Part shown: positions 1 to 9,798 of the stretch, piece after piece
Layout: each line of letters opens with the position of its first letter
How positions within the stretch are numbered: the first letter of the stretch is position 1
NCBI GenBank assembly: GCA_049324755.1
Contig: JBMOMZ010000067.1
Coordinates: forward strand, 1,280 to 65,279
Direction of reading: 5' to 3'
Source: Pseudomonadota bacterium
Lineage (GTDB): Bacteria; Pseudomonadota; Gammaproteobacteria; Enterobacterales; Permianibacteraceae
Length of the DNA stretch: 64,000 bases
Made by a program: the position numbers and the translations under genes
Notes under the pieces: generated by a model
Database searches by the model: none
Told to the model about the DNA's origin: nothing
Seen by the model: only the letters and a program-made list of their open reading frames with translations

Positions 1-675
1 GGCGACAAATGCCTGATGCGCTGGTTGGTATTTCCCGGCCTGAAACAGGGTATGTCCGATGCTGGTGAGGAGTGCCGGGCTTACCTGTCGCTGAAGTAAT
101 CGGTCGACCAGCTGCAAGGCGGCTGCGGTTCGTCCCGTCTCTCTCAGCAGGCGCAACTTGGCTATCTGAAGCTCGTCTGACTCCGGCGTATCACCAAGCG
201 TTGCCAGGGCTGCATCGGTTTGTTGAAGCCGTGCCAGGATGTCACTGAGCCCGATACGCAGCTTGGAGTTTTGCGGGGCGGCGTTGAATGCGGCCTGGGC
301 AATGGCCAGCGCCTCTTCCAGTCGCTGTTGCTTAACCAGCAAAGCTGCCAGGTTGTGGCCAGCCGACGATTGTTTGGCATCCTGACGCAAGGCTTCCCGA
401 TAGTAGTGTTCTGCAGACGTGAGATCCCCGCTCTGTTCGTAGGCCAGTGCCAGGTTGTGACTGCGGTCGGCTCTTGCGCCACCAAGCGCAATGGCTTTGA
501 GAAAGCTGGCAACGGCGCCGCCGGGATTGCCGGTTTGGGTTTCCAGCATGCCCAACAGGTCGTGAGCTTCGGCCGACGAGGGCGTTTCGACCAGCAATCG
601 ATTGATGGCTTGACGGGCAGCCGGAATGTTGCCGGTCTGCAAGAGGCGGAAAATCTCAGGTAGCAGCAAGGCCAT
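1..675 (-). CDS. TPR-repeat protein; C-terminal part lies outside the window
   Basis: Own reverse-strand translation from ATG (complement of 673-675) gives MALLLPEIFRLLQTGNIPAARQAINRLLVETPSSAEAHDLLGMLETQTGNPGGAVASFLKAIALGGARADRSHNLALAYEQSGDLTSAEHYYREAL... It stays open to nt 1 (225 codons) and shows a recurring ~34-aa A/L/Y/G pattern typical of TPR. It is absent from the ORF track only because it has no stop in the window. The + ORF 220-663 is its shadow. Confidence 0.7.
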   Translation of the reverse strand, partial: MALLLPEIFRLLQTGNIPAARQAINRLLVETPSSAEAHDLLGMLETQTGNPGGAVASFLKAIALGGARADRSHNLALAYEQSGDLTSAEHYYREALRQDAKQSSAGHNLAALLVKQQRLEEALAIAQAAFNAAPQNSKLRIGLSDILARLQQTDAALATLGDTPESDELQIAKLRLLRETGRTAAALQLVDRLLQRQVSPALLTSIGHTLFQAGKYQPAHQAFVA

Positions 676-845
676 GGGGCTTAGGGTGGCTATCGAAACG
701 GGTGGTTAGGGTGACAAGTTGCGACACGACGGTCAAAGGGGCTCGTTGGATTTCTGTGTAGGCAGTAACCATCCGAGCCGGTAAAATCTCGCCCCTTGTC
801 CGCAGTCCCCGCTGTTACCCCGACGAAAACGAAGGTTCCATCCCC

Positions 846-1944
846 ATGTTTGAAGCAACCGGTGTCAAAGAAAAGCTCAAAGACCAGCGCGAACGGCTGG
901 AATCGATGCGGAGGTATCTTTGACTACGACCGCAAGGTCGAACGTCTGCAGGATGTCAACGCCGAGCTGGAGCAGCCCAATGTCTGGGACAACCCGGAAC
1001 GGGCGCAGGAATTGGGTCGCGAACGGGCCCAGCTGGAGGCCACGGTCGGCATGATCGACCGGCTCACCGCCAGTCTCGATGATTCCGAAGGGTTATTGGA
1101 GATTGCCATCGAGGAAGGCGACGATGTCACCATCGATGGCGTCGGTAACGACCTGCTGGCGACCGAAGCGGAGCTGGCCAAGCTCGAGTTCAAGCGGATG
1201 TTCTCGGGTGAGATGGACCACGCCAACTGCTACCTCGACATTCAGGCCGGTTCGGGCGGCACCGAGGCGCAGGACTGGGCCCAGATGCTGCAACGGATGT
1301 ACCTGAAGTGGGGCGACAGCAAGGGCTTCAAGACCGAAGTGGTGGAAGAGTCGGCCGGTGACGTTGCCGGCCTCAAATCGACCACCATCCGGTTCGAAGG
1401 CGAATATGCCTACGGCTGGCTGCGCACCGAAACCGGCGTGCACCGGCTGGTCCGCAAATCGCCGTTCGATTCCGGTAACCGCCGGCATACCTCGTTCACC
1501 GCGGTGTTCGTGTCGCCGGAAGTCGACGACAAGATCGAAATTGAAATCAATCCGGCCGATCTGAAAACGGACACCTACCGGTCCAGCGGTGCCGGTGGTC
1601 AGCACGTCAACAAGACCGATTCGGCGGTGCGTATTACCCACGTGCCGACCGGTGTCGTGGTGGCCTGCCAGAACGAACGCTCGCAGCACGCCAACCGTGA
1701 CCGGGCGATGAAGATGCTGAAAGCGCGGCTGTACGAGCTGGAAATCCAGAAGCGCAACGCCGCCAAGGATGCGCTGGAAGCAACCAAGTCTGATATCGGT
1801 TGGGGCCAGCAGATTCGGTCGTATGTGCTGGATCAGTCGCGCATCAAGGATTTGCGCACCGACTATGAAGAGAGTGACACCCAGCGCGTGCTGGATGGCG
1901 ATCTCGACCCGTTCATGGAAGCCAGTCTGAAGAAAGGCCTGTAA
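846..1944 (+). CDS. prfB: peptide chain release factor 2, produced by programmed +1 frameshift (join 846..920, 922..1944)
   Basis: Frame-0 ATG at 846 encodes [25 protein letters not shown], then an in-frame TGA at 921-923. The +1 frame continues [29 protein letters not shown]... It carries SPF (RKSPFDS) and GGQ ([17 protein letters not shown]) motifs and stops at 1942-1944. Confidence 0.95.
909..924 (+). other. prfB +1 recoding site (SD-like GGAGG followed by TAT CTT TGA C)
   Basis: cgGAGGtatCTTTGAc. This is the canonical RF2 autoregulatory slippery site CUU UGA C with an internal Shine-Dalgarno-like element 3 nt upstream. Confidence 0.9.
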
Positions 1945-2000
1945 GCGAGGCTTGCCAGTTTTTCGCTGGGTAGAAAGCGAAACCAAACCGTGAGAAAAAA

Positions 2001-3515
2001 ATGAGCGAACAAGCACAACAACCGGCAGAACAACTCGACGAGAACCAACAGATCGCGGTGCGCCGGGAAAAGCTGGCCGCGCTGCGTGCACAGGGCAATG
2101 CCTATCCGAATGACTACCGTCGCGATGCCCTGGCGCAGGAGCTGAACGACAAGTACGGCGCGGTCGAAAAAGACGCGCTGGAAGCACAGGCGGTCAAGGT
2201 CAAGCTGGCCGGCCGGATCATGACCCGCCGGTTGATGGGCAAGGCGAGCTTCTGCCATATCCAGGACATGAGCGGCCGCATTCAGGTTTACGTGCGCGGT
2301 GAAGATCTGCCGGAAGGCGTTTACGAATCGTTCAAGCATTGGGACATCGGCGACATCATTGGCGTCGAGGGCACGCTGTTCAAAACCAAAGTCGGCGAAC
2401 TGTCGGTGCATGCGACCAGCATCCGGATGCTGACCAAGGCGCTCAAGCCGCTGCCGGACAAGTGGCATGGCATGACCGATACCGAAGCCAGGTATCGCCA
2501 GCGTTATGTCGACTTGATCGTCAATGAAGACTCGCGCCGCACGTTTGTGCTGCGCTCGAAAATCATCGACGCGATCCGCCGCTTCATGACCGGCGAAGGC
2601 TTCCTCGAAGTCGAAACCCCGATGATGCACCCGATCCCGGGTGGCGCCGCCGCGCGGCCGTTCCTGACCCATCACAATGCGCTGGATATGCAGCTTTACC
2701 TGCGTATCGCGCCCGAGCTGTACCTGAAGCGGTTGACCGTCGGCGGCTTCGAGAAAGTGTTCGAAATCAACCGCAATTTCCGCAACGAAGGCATCAGCAC
2801 CCGGCACAACCCGGAATTCACGATGATGGAATTCTACTGGGCCTATGCCGATTACCATGATCTGATGGACTACACCGAGCGGCTGTTCAAGTTCGTCGCC
2901 GAGCAGGCGCTGGGCACCAGCCAGTTCCATTCGCAGGGTGTCGATTACGATTTCAGCAAACCGTTTGATCGCCTGTCGGTGCTCGATGCCATCGTCAAGT
3001 ACAACCCGGGCGTCACCAAAGAGGAATTGGCGACACTGGAAGGCGTGCGTGCGGTTGCCCAGCGTTTGAAAGTGCATGTCGACAAGAACGCTGGTCTTGG
3101 CAAGGCCCAGATCACGGTGTTTGAAGAAACGGTTGAAGCCAAGCTGATGCAGCCGACCTTCATCTGCGATTACCCGGTCGAGGTGTCGCCGCTGTCGCGC
3201 CGCAATGACAAGAACCCGGACGTGACCGACCGCTTCGAATTGTTCGTCGGTGGTCGCGAACTCGCCAACGGTTTCTCGGAGTTGAATGACCCGGATGATC
3301 AGGCCGACCGCTTCCGTGCCCAGGTCGAAGCAAAAGATGCCGGTGACGAAGAAGCCATGTTCTTCGATGCCGATTACATCAACGCGCTTGAATACGGTCT
3401 GGCACCCACCGCTGGCGAAGGCATCGGCATCGATCGCTTTGTCATGCTGCTGACCAATTCGGCCAGCATCCGCGATGTGCTGCTGTTCCCGCTGATGCGG
3501 CCGAAAGCCGACTGA
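2001..3515 (+). CDS. lysS: lysine--tRNA ligase (class II)
   Basis: 504-aa ORF. It has an N-terminal OB anticodon-binding region ([19 protein letters not shown]) and class II motifs ([53 protein letters not shown]). It lies directly downstream of prfB, as in the enterobacterial prfB-lysS operon. Confidence 0.95.
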   Translation: MSEQAQQPAEQLDENQQIAVRREKLAALRAQGNAYPNDYRRDALAQELNDKYGAVEKDALEAQAVKVKLAGRIMTRRLMGKASFCHIQDMSGRIQVYVRGEDLPEGVYESFKHWDIGDIIGVEGTLFKTKVGELSVHATSIRMLTKALKPLPDKWHGMTDTEARYRQRYVDLIVNEDSRRTFVLRSKIIDAIRRFMTGEGFLEVETPMMHPIPGGAAARPFLTHHNALDMQLYLRIAPELYLKRLTVGGFEKVFEINRNFRNEGISTRHNPEFTMMEFYWAYADYHDLMDYTERLFKFVAEQALGTSQFHSQGVDYDFSKPFDRLSVLDAIVKYNPGVTKEELATLEGVRAVAQRLKVHVDKNAGLGKAQITVFEETVEAKLMQPTFICDYPVEVSPLSRRNDKNPDVTDRFELFVGGRELANGFSELNDPDDQADRFRAQVEAKDAGDEEAMFFDADYINALEYGLAPTAGEGIGIDRFVMLLTNSASIRDVLLFPLMRPKAD

Positions 3516-3530
3516 CGCTGGTAAAGAAAT

Positions 3531-3556
3531 GAGCGGCGCCTGACCGCTCTTTTTTT
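3531..3556 (+). terminator. rho-independent terminator after lysS
   Basis: gagcgg-cgcctga-ccgctc hairpin followed by a T7 run, 16 nt after the lysS stop. Confidence 0.75.
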
Positions 3557-3627
3557 GTCTGTGCGCCGAAGATGTCTCGTGTTGATGAGGTCAGGGGCGC
3601 GCGCCAGCAGTGACTTGGCTACTGAAA

Positions 3628-3658
3628 CAGAAAACGGAGGCATGGCCTCCGTTTTCTG
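3628..3658. terminator. 14-bp stem hairpin between convergent lysS and HDOD genes
   Basis: cagaaaacggaggc-atg-gcctccgttttctg perfect stem. On the minus strand it is followed by tttcagt. Likely terminator for the HDOD gene. Confidence 0.55.
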
Positions 3659-3675
3659 TTCGCGGCAAACACGGT

Positions 3676-4509
3676 TCAGCGGAACAGCTGCTTGGCTTCG
3701 GCAATTTCCCCGCCGATCTCTTCCATGTCGTGGACATGGACATCGGTGGCAAGACCGAGCCGGGCAAACGCCGGCACATGGTTCCAGTCGATGCCGCCGA
3801 GGGCGTTGTCACTGCCGGCATAGCTTTGCAGCTTGGCGACGGTGACCACATCGACGTAATCGACCTTTTCCGAGCGACGGCCGAAATCGACGCAGCCTTC
3901 CGGCACCGACACGAGCTCCGGCGGAAAACTCCAGGCTTTCAATATGGCGGTGCCGACCTGCGGATGCAGCTTGTCGATGACCCGCTCGAGAATGTCCGGG
4001 TGCGCCATCATTTCCGGCGACTCTTCGGCCAGCGTCAGGATCGGCAGAATGCCGATTTCATGCACCAGCCCGGCCAGCATCGCCTGATCCGGTTTCAGCT
4101 TGGTGTAGTGGCTGGTGAGTACATGGCAGATGGACGCGACTTCGGTTGAGTGTTCCCAGACCTGGCGCAGCTTGGCATCGACCACGTCGGAAGTGGCCTG
4201 GAACATCTGCTGCATCGCGAGGCCGGTGACGAGGTTGCGAACAAAGGTGATACCGAGCCGGGTGATCGCGAGCTGCAGGTTGTCGACCTGGACCCGGCCG
4301 CGCAGCAGCGGGCTGTTGGCGACCTTGATGATGCGGGCGGCGAGGGCGGCGTCCTGGCCGACGACGGTGGCCAGTTTGCTGGCCGAGACATCCGGGTCAT
4401 CGACCGCTTCCCGGATCCGTAGCGCGACTTCGGGCAGGGTCGGCAGGTTCAGCCGGTCGCTCTTGATGGCATCCAGCAGTTCGTTGAGAAATTGTTGTTC
4501 GAGGCTCAT
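3676..4509 (-). CDS. HDOD domain-containing signalling protein
   Basis: 277-aa ORF. The pattern LPTLPEVALRIREAV...VANSPLL...ITRLG...LAGLVHEIGILPIL matches the HDOD (HD-related output domain) layout. Confidence 0.8.
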   Translation of the reverse strand: MSLEQQFLNELLDAIKSDRLNLPTLPEVALRIREAVDDPDVSASKLATVVGQDAALAARIIKVANSPLLRGRVQVDNLQLAITRLGITFVRNLVTGLAMQQMFQATSDVVDAKLRQVWEHSTEVASICHVLTSHYTKLKPDQAMLAGLVHEIGILPILTLAEESPEMMAHPDILERVIDKLHPQVGTAILKAWSFPPELVSVPEGCVDFGRRSEKVDYVDVVTVAKLQSYAGSDNALGGIDWNHVPAFARLGLATDVHVHDMEEIGGEIAEAKQLFR

Positions 4510-4562
4510 GAGATTTCCTGTAGCAGCGAGCGGCCGTCATCACCGAAAAGGGCGGCCGACAA

Positions 4563-5453
4563 CTAGTGATGCAGTTCTAGTATAGGCGCCTCTGGCAACG
4601 CCAGCTGCAGCGACTCGGTTTGCGCCGGGTCATTCAGCGTTATCAGTAATAGCTGATTTTCGCCAACGCTGCTGCTGCGGACCAGTTCACCGACCTCGCG
4701 GTCGCCGCTGCGGATCGCCGTGCCCGGAACAAGCTCACCGGCGAATCGGCTGTGGCCCGTCTGCAGATGGGTTTTGATTTTGCCGCGGTACTCCATCCGG
4801 GCGACGATTTCCTGACCGGTGTAGCAGCCCTTGCTGAAACTGACGCCACCAATGCCGGGCAAATTGACATGATGCGGCAGCAGCTTTTCGCTGGTCTCCG
4901 GATACACGCTGGGTTCTCCGACCAGCAGTTCGGCCAGAAACCACTCGCTCGCCGCACCGGAGCTGCCGGGCAAGGCCGGGGCCGCTACGTCGCTGCCGAC
5001 CAGCACCAACTGCCGGCTACGCTGCGCGACCGCTGCGAGCGGCCAGGCTGCCGGTACGGTTTCCGTGCCGAGCAGCCCCCAGATTTGAAACGCCTCGCTG
5101 GCATCGCTCAACTGGGCTTTGAAGAACACGGCGTATTTCTTCAATGCATCCAACAGGGGCTGCACCACGGTCCGTGGCATCACCAGCAAAAAATCCTGTT
5201 CGCGTCGCAGCAGGCGAAACAGCGCCCGCATCCGGCCCTGCGGCGTGCAGCTGGCGGCCCAGGTCTGGCTGCCGACGGACAGCGCCAGCACGTCGGCGGT
5301 CAATTGTCCTTGCAGGAATTTGCCGGCATCCGGGCCGCTGATCTGCAGCACGCCGAGTTGGTCGCGGCCGGCGTCCGGACGATCCAGCCGGTAATGCCGG
5401 CCTTCAGCTGGCAGGCTGGTGACGAATGATGCAATTGACAGGAATCCGGTCAT
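4563..5453 (-). CDS. ygfZ: tRNA-modifying / Fe-S cluster repair folate-binding protein YgfZ
   Basis: Trimmed to the internal ATG (complement 5451-5453, MTGFLSIA...). It has a GcvT-like fold region and the C-terminal KGCYTGQEIVARMEYRGKIK signature. It is divergent from sdhE, as in E. coli. Confidence 0.8.
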   Translation of the reverse strand: MTGFLSIASFVTSLPAEGRHYRLDRPDAGRDQLGVLQISGPDAGKFLQGQLTADVLALSVGSQTWAASCTPQGRMRALFRLLRREQDFLLVMPRTVVQPLLDALKKYAVFFKAQLSDASEAFQIWGLLGTETVPAAWPLAAVAQRSRQLVLVGSDVAAPALPGSSGAASEWFLAELLVGEPSVYPETSEKLLPHHVNLPGIGGVSFSKGCYTGQEIVARMEYRGKIKTHLQTGHSRFAGELVPGTAIRSGDREVGELVRSSSVGENQLLLITLNDPAQTESLQLALPEAPILELHH

Positions 5454-5527
5454 GGACTGACACCCATTGGTACAATCGGGACGAAACTTTTCGCACCGAA
5501 ACGAGGCCGACATTGTACGGGAAGACT

Positions 5528-5779
5528 TTGACTGACGTGGAGCAGCGCCGACTCCGCTTTCAATGCCGCCGCGGCATGTTGGAACTGGACGTGATCCTGC
5601 AGCCCTATTTTGACAAGGCACTGGAACGACTCGATGAAACCGCTTGGCATGAGTTCATTGCGCTGTTGTCGGAGCCGGATCCGGACATTTATAGCTGGTT
5701 GATGGGCTATGCCCAGCCGGAAAACCCTGCGCACGCCAGGGCAATTGCCGCGATCCGTGCCAGCCTGCCGGCGACCTGA
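5528..5779 (+). CDS. sdhE: FAD assembly factor SdhE (YgfY/CptB family); start uncertain
   Basis: Motifs LRFQCRRGMLELDVIL (RGxxE) and DPDIYSWLMG. The first ATG of the ORF (5426) would give a long extension overlapping the ygfZ start. In-frame TTG 5528 or GTG 5537 gives the usual ~83 aa. Confidence 0.8.
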   Translation: MTDVEQRRLRFQCRRGMLELDVILQPYFDKALERLDETAWHEFIALLSEPDPDIYSWLMGYAQPENPAHARAIAAIRASLPAT

Positions 5780-6247
5780 GTGCCGATGCGTCATTCGACA
5801 GTGGCCAGCGAATTCCCGTTGCGTGCCTCCCCAGGCTTGCGCCGCTTCAGTGCGGCGGTGCATGTCGGACTGGCCATGCTGCTGATGCTGGCGCTGTGGT
5901 CGCGCTGGCCGCTGCTCTTGTTGGCAGTCGTGCCGCTGTTGACCGGATTTGCGCTCCGACTGGATCGCCATTTCGCGTTGCGTGCGACCGGCGCCGTTCG
6001 CGCGCTGCGCCATGACGCCGACGGTTGGTCGGTGGCAACGTCGGCGGGCGAGTGGCAGCCGATTCAGCTGACTGCCGGAACGACCGTGACCCATCGCGTC
6101 ATTGTGCTGGCCTGGGCGGCCGGCCCGCTGCGTTCACGGCATCTGCTGGTGACGCCGGGCATGTTGCCGCAAGGCGAGTTTCGGCGTTTGTGCCGGCTGC
6201 TTTGGCAGACCACGCCCGTCGTCACGAGTGGCGCGCAATCGGTATAA
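5780..6247 (+). CDS. YgfX/CptA-family inner-membrane protein
   Basis: 155-aa ORF immediately after sdhE with two N-terminal hydrophobic helices (VHVGLAMLLMLALWSRWPLLLLAVVPLLTGFAL). The position and topology match ygfX of the E. coli ygfY-ygfX operon. The start may instead be ATG 5786. Confidence 0.6.
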   Translation: MPMRHSTVASEFPLRASPGLRRFSAAVHVGLAMLLMLALWSRWPLLLLAVVPLLTGFALRLDRHFALRATGAVRALRHDADGWSVATSAGEWQPIQLTAGTTVTHRVIVLAWAAGPLRSRHLLVTPGMLPQGEFRRLCRLLWQTTPVVTSGAQSV

Positions 6248-6280
6248 TGTCCGCCAAGTTTTTTTCGTCGGATCCATTCC

Positions 6281-6586
6281 ATGACCCAGTACAAAGAGTT
6301 GTTGCAGCAAATCGAAACCCTGAAGAAACAAGCCGAAGAAGTGCGTCAGCGGGAGATCGCGGAGGTCATCAAAGACATCAAGGCGATGATGGCCGAGTAC
6401 GGCATCACCCCGGCCGATCTCGGTTTTTCCGTGGCCGGCCGTGGTGCCAAGAGCAAGCCGGCTGCCGCAGCCAAGTACCGTCATCCGGAATCGGGCGAAA
6501 CCTGGTCCGGCAAGGGCCGGGCGCCGAAATGGCTGCAGGATGCCGAAGCCAACGGTCAGCGTCGCGAGCAGTTCCTGATCGGCTGA
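6281..6586 (+). CDS. H-NS family nucleoid-associated protein
   Basis: 101 aa with an N-terminal coiled coil (LLQQIETLKKQAEEVRQREIAEVIKDIKAMM) and a C-terminal DNA-binding motif (YRHPESGETWSGKGRAPKWL). Confidence 0.85.
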   Translation: MTQYKELLQQIETLKKQAEEVRQREIAEVIKDIKAMMAEYGITPADLGFSVAGRGAKSKPAAAAKYRHPESGETWSGKGRAPKWLQDAEANGQRREQFLIG

Positions 6587-6614
6587 TGGTCGGGCGCGCA
6601 GGTCGCGTCTGAAT

Positions 6615-6645
6615 AAAAACGCCCGCAAGCGCGGGCGTTTTTTAT
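6615..6645. terminator. bidirectional rho-independent terminator (H-NS gene / nadB)
   Basis: aaaaa-cgcccgc-aagc-gcgggcg-tttttt, symmetric with A and T tracts. Confidence 0.8.
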
Positions 6646-6665
6646 TCAGTCAAAAGCGAGCTGGC

Positions 6666-8267
6666 TCACGGCGTCAGGATGGTTTGCCGTTTGCCGCCAT
6701 CCGGCAACAGATTCGGGTGATCGCGGTTGTAATGCAGGCCTCGGCTCTCCTTGCGTGCCATTGCCGAGCGCACGATGAGTTCGGCCACTTGCACGAGGTT
6801 GCGCAGCTCGAGCAGGTCATTGCTCACGCGGAAGTTGCGGTAGTACTCGCGGATTTCTTCCTGCAACAGTTGAATCCGGCGCTGGGCCCGCTCCAGTCGC
6901 TTGTCGGTGCGAACGATGCCGACGTAATCCCACATCAGCTGACGCAGTTCATGCCAGTTGTGCGAGATCACAACTTGCTCGTCGGAGTCGGTCACCCGGC
7001 TTTCGTCCCAGACCGGCAGTTCCGGCGGGGCCGGTACCCGGTGCCATTCGGCCAGGATGTCTTCGGCGGCGGCCTCGGCAAACACCAGGCATTCCAGCAG
7101 TGAATTGGACGCCATCCGGTTGGCGCCGTGCAGACCGGTCCAGGCCACTTCACCGACCGCATAAAGTTGTTCGAGATCGGTGCGCGAGCGCAGATCGACC
7201 AGCACACCGCCGCAGGTGTAGTGCGCGGCCGGCACCACCGGGATCGGTTGCCTGGTCAGATCAAAGCCGTACTTCAGGCATTGCTCGTAAACGGTCGGGA
7301 AATGGCTGGTGATGAACTCGGCGCTCTGGTGGCTGATGTCGAGGAACATGCTGTCGGCACCGAGCCGTTTCATTTCGTTGTCGATGGCGCGGGCGACGAT
7401 GTCGCGCGGCGCCAGTTCGGCGCGGTCGTCGTATTCCGGCATGAAACGGCTGCCATCGGGCCGGCGCAGGTAGGCGCCTTCGCCGCGCAGCGCTTCGGTG
7501 AGCAGGAAGGTTTTGGCTTGCGGGTGATACAGGCAAGTCGGGTGGAACTGGTTGAACTCGAGGTTGGCGACCCGGCAACCGGCACGCCACGCCATCGCGA
7601 TGCCGTCGCCGGATGATACGTCCGGATTCGACGTGTACAGATAGACCTTGCTGGCGCCGCCGGTGGCAAGCACGACAAAGCGCGCCGAAATCGTTTCCAC
7701 TTCACCGCTCGCCAGATTCAGGACATAAGCTCCGACACAGCGTTTGCCCGGCAGGCCCAGCTTGTGCGTGGTCAGCAGATCGATGGCGATGTAGCGCTCG
7801 AGCAGGTGAATGTCTGGCTGGTTTTTGACCGCCGCGACCAGCGAGGTTTCGACGGCCCGGCCGGTGGCGTCGGCCGAATGCACGATGCGCCGGTGCGAAT
7901 GGCCGCCTTCGCGGGTCAGGTGCCATTGCGGCTGGCCGTCAAGGCCGGGTTCGGTCGAGAAGCTGACGCCCTGTTCAACCAGCCATTCGATGGCGGCGCG
8001 GCTGCGTTCGACGGTATGGCGCACGGTGGCTTCGACGCAGAGGCCGGCGCCGGCAACCAGCGTGTCCTGGACATGCGACTCGACGCTGTCCTTGTCGTCG
8101 AGCACGGCGGCGATGCCGCCCTGGGCATAAAAGGTCGAGCCTTCGGTCACGGCGGCCTTGGCCAGCACCGCGATTTTGCCGCGGTGGGCGAGTCGCAGCG
8201 CGGTCGACAGACCGGCCGCGCCCGAACCGATGACCAGAACATCGAAAGCGTGTTGACGCCCCGTCAT
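6666..8267 (-). CDS. nadB: L-aspartate oxidase
   Basis: 533 aa with an FAD-binding N-terminus ([15 protein letters not shown]) and succinate dehydrogenase/fumarate reductase-like flavoprotein motifs ([21 protein letters not shown]). It is divergent from rpoE, as in E. coli and Pseudomonas. Confidence 0.95.
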   Translation of the reverse strand: MTGRQHAFDVLVIGSGAAGLSTALRLAHRGKIAVLAKAAVTEGSTFYAQGGIAAVLDDKDSVESHVQDTLVAGAGLCVEATVRHTVERSRAAIEWLVEQGVSFSTEPGLDGQPQWHLTREGGHSHRRIVHSADATGRAVETSLVAAVKNQPDIHLLERYIAIDLLTTHKLGLPGKRCVGAYVLNLASGEVETISARFVVLATGGASKVYLYTSNPDVSSGDGIAMAWRAGCRVANLEFNQFHPTCLYHPQAKTFLLTEALRGEGAYLRRPDGSRFMPEYDDRAELAPRDIVARAIDNEMKRLGADSMFLDISHQSAEFITSHFPTVYEQCLKYGFDLTRQPIPVVPAAHYTCGGVLVDLRSRTDLEQLYAVGEVAWTGLHGANRMASNSLLECLVFAEAAAEDILAEWHRVPAPPELPVWDESRVTDSDEQVVISHNWHELRQLMWDYVGIVRTDKRLERAQRRIQLLQEEIREYYRNFRVSNDLLELRNLVQVAELIVRSAMARKESRGLHYNRDHPNLLPDGGKRQTILTP

Positions 8268-8442
8268 GAAACATCCCCAACGAAAACCGGCTGCCGCCGG
8301 CAGAACGGCCGCTTATACGAGGCTGGCGCCGCTGCGATGACTGGCCCAGAATAGTCGTTTCCGACTGGAGCCCGTCGGGCCGGCATTTTACGCGCTGGCT
8401 GGCGGCCGGTGGGGCGGAATCCGGCAAAGTTTTGATTTGGCC

Positions 8443-8470
8443 GGAACTTGCATCCCGACGTCCAGTCTCA
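8443..8470 (+). promoter_or_regulatory. sigma-E (AlgU/RpoE)-type autoregulated promoter of rpoE
   Basis: GGAACTT (8443-8449), 16-nt spacer, TCTCA (8466-8470). This matches GAACTT-N16/17-TCnnA and lies ~55 nt upstream of the rpoE ATG. Confidence 0.6.
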
Positions 8471-8522
8471 CTCCACCAATTTATGGCCCGTTTTGGCCGT
8501 TTGGGAAATCAATTTAGCCAGT

Positions 8523-9113
8523 ATGGGCGACTACAAAACCGGGCCTGACACCGACGCGGAACTGGTCGCGCGGGTGCAGCGCGGCGACAAGCGCGCGTTT
8601 GATTTGCTGGTGCGCAAATACCAGCAACGCATCATGGCGCTGATCAGCCGCTACATCCGCAACCGCTCGGAAATTGCCGATGTTGCGCAAGAGGCCTTTA
8701 TCAAAGCCTATCGTGCGCTGCCCAATTTCCGCGGGGACAGTCAGTTCTACACTTGGCTGTACCGCATCGCGATCAACTCCGCCAAGAACCATCTTGCCTC
8801 GCAATCGCGCCGGCCGCAGACCGCCAGCGTCGATGGCCTGGAGCCGGAACAACTGGCCGATCTGGCCGGTCAAACCGACAATGCCAGCCCGGAGCGATTG
8901 CTGCTGACGGCAGAACTCAAGCGTGAGATCGATGCCGCCATTGCCGAATTGCCGGAAGAACTGCGCACGGCGCTGCTGTTGCGCGAAATTGACGGCTTGA
9001 GCTATGAAGAAATTGCCGAGGTCATGGAATGTCCAATCGGTACGGTGCGGTCTCGCATATTCCGGGCACGCGACGCGGTAGATCGCCGGGTCGCGCCGTT
9101 GATGGAAACCTGA
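8523..9113 (+). CDS. rpoE: RNA polymerase sigma factor RpoE/AlgU (ECF sigma-24)
   Basis: Trimmed to ATG 8523 (MGDYKTGPDTDAELVARVQRGDKRAFDLLVRKYQQRI...). Region 2 (FYTWLYRIAIN) and region 4 (LSYEEIAEVMECPIGTVRSRIFRAR) are present. 196 aa. Confidence 0.95.
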   Translation: MGDYKTGPDTDAELVARVQRGDKRAFDLLVRKYQQRIMALISRYIRNRSEIADVAQEAFIKAYRALPNFRGDSQFYTWLYRIAINSAKNHLASQSRRPQTASVDGLEPEQLADLAGQTDNASPERLLLTAELKREIDAAIAELPEELRTALLLREIDGLSYEEIAEVMECPIGTVRSRIFRARDAVDRRVAPLMET

Positions 9114-9165
9114 GGGCTGGCGGAACACTATGACGTCCAATAAGCAACAAGCGGGTGGTGATTCA

Positions 9166-9798
9166 ATGAGCGTGTCGGAGCAGCATGGTCTGCAACTGTC
9201 CTGTTTCATGGACGGTGAGATCCCGGCCAAGGCCGAACTCGACTCCCTGAGCCAGGATGCGGCGGCACGCGCCGTCTGGAGCCGCTACCACCTCATCCGC
9301 GATGCCGTGCAGAACGAACTGCCGGCGCACTACTGCGATCTCAGCGAGCGCATCAGCGCGGCGCTTGCCGACGAGCCGACCGTGTTGGCGCCCCGGCCAC
9401 GGCCGATCACCGGCTGGCAGAAAGCGGTCGGCTTTGCCGTGGCGGCATCGGTGTTCGCAGTCGCCATCGTCAGTTTCCAGAACGTGCAACAGCCAGCGGC
9501 GGAATCGGCCGTGGCCGAGGTCGCGCCGAATCCGGTCATGGCGGCGCCGGTCAGTCAGGTCGCCGATGCGCCGGTGCTGGTGGATGAAGAGCGGGCACGA
9601 CTGGAGGACATGCTCATCAACCACACCGAAGCCGTGTCCGCCAACGGTTTGAATGTCATGTTGCCGTATGCCCGGGTGGTGTCGGATCGCATTGAGATCC
9701 CGTTGGAGGAGTCGACCGAAAACGCACCGTTGGCCGCCGAGCAAAATGGCAACGGCGGCGAGCCGACCGCGGTGTCGGCGGCGCCGGATCAACCTTGA
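9166..9798 (+). CDS. rseA: anti-sigma-E factor RseA/MucA
   Basis: N-terminal anti-sigma domain (LSCFMDGEI...WSRYHLIRDAV), a central TM helix (AVGFAVAASVFAVAIVSF) and a periplasmic tail. It lies directly after rpoE. An upstream ATG at 9130 is also possible. Confidence 0.85.
   Translation: MSVSEQHGLQLSCFMDGEIPAKAELDSLSQDAAARAVWSRYHLIRDAVQNELPAHYCDLSERISAALADEPTVLAPRPRPITGWQKAVGFAVAASVFAVAIVSFQNVQQPAAESAVAEVAPNPVMAAPVSQVADAPVLVDEERARLEDMLINHTEAVSANGLNVMLPYARVVSDRIEIPLEESTENAPLAAEQNGNGGEPTAVSAAPDQP

Noticed and set aside
220-663. 147-aa + strand ORF at the window start
   Set aside because: The reverse strand encodes a continuous TPR protein (1-675) with a sensible start and repeat periodicity. 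The + ORF translation is featureless.
1093-3077. Antisense ORFs 1093-2187 and 1863-3077 opposite prfB and lysS
   Set aside because: They overlap strongly conserved genes on the other strand and have no motifs. High-GC shadow ORFs.
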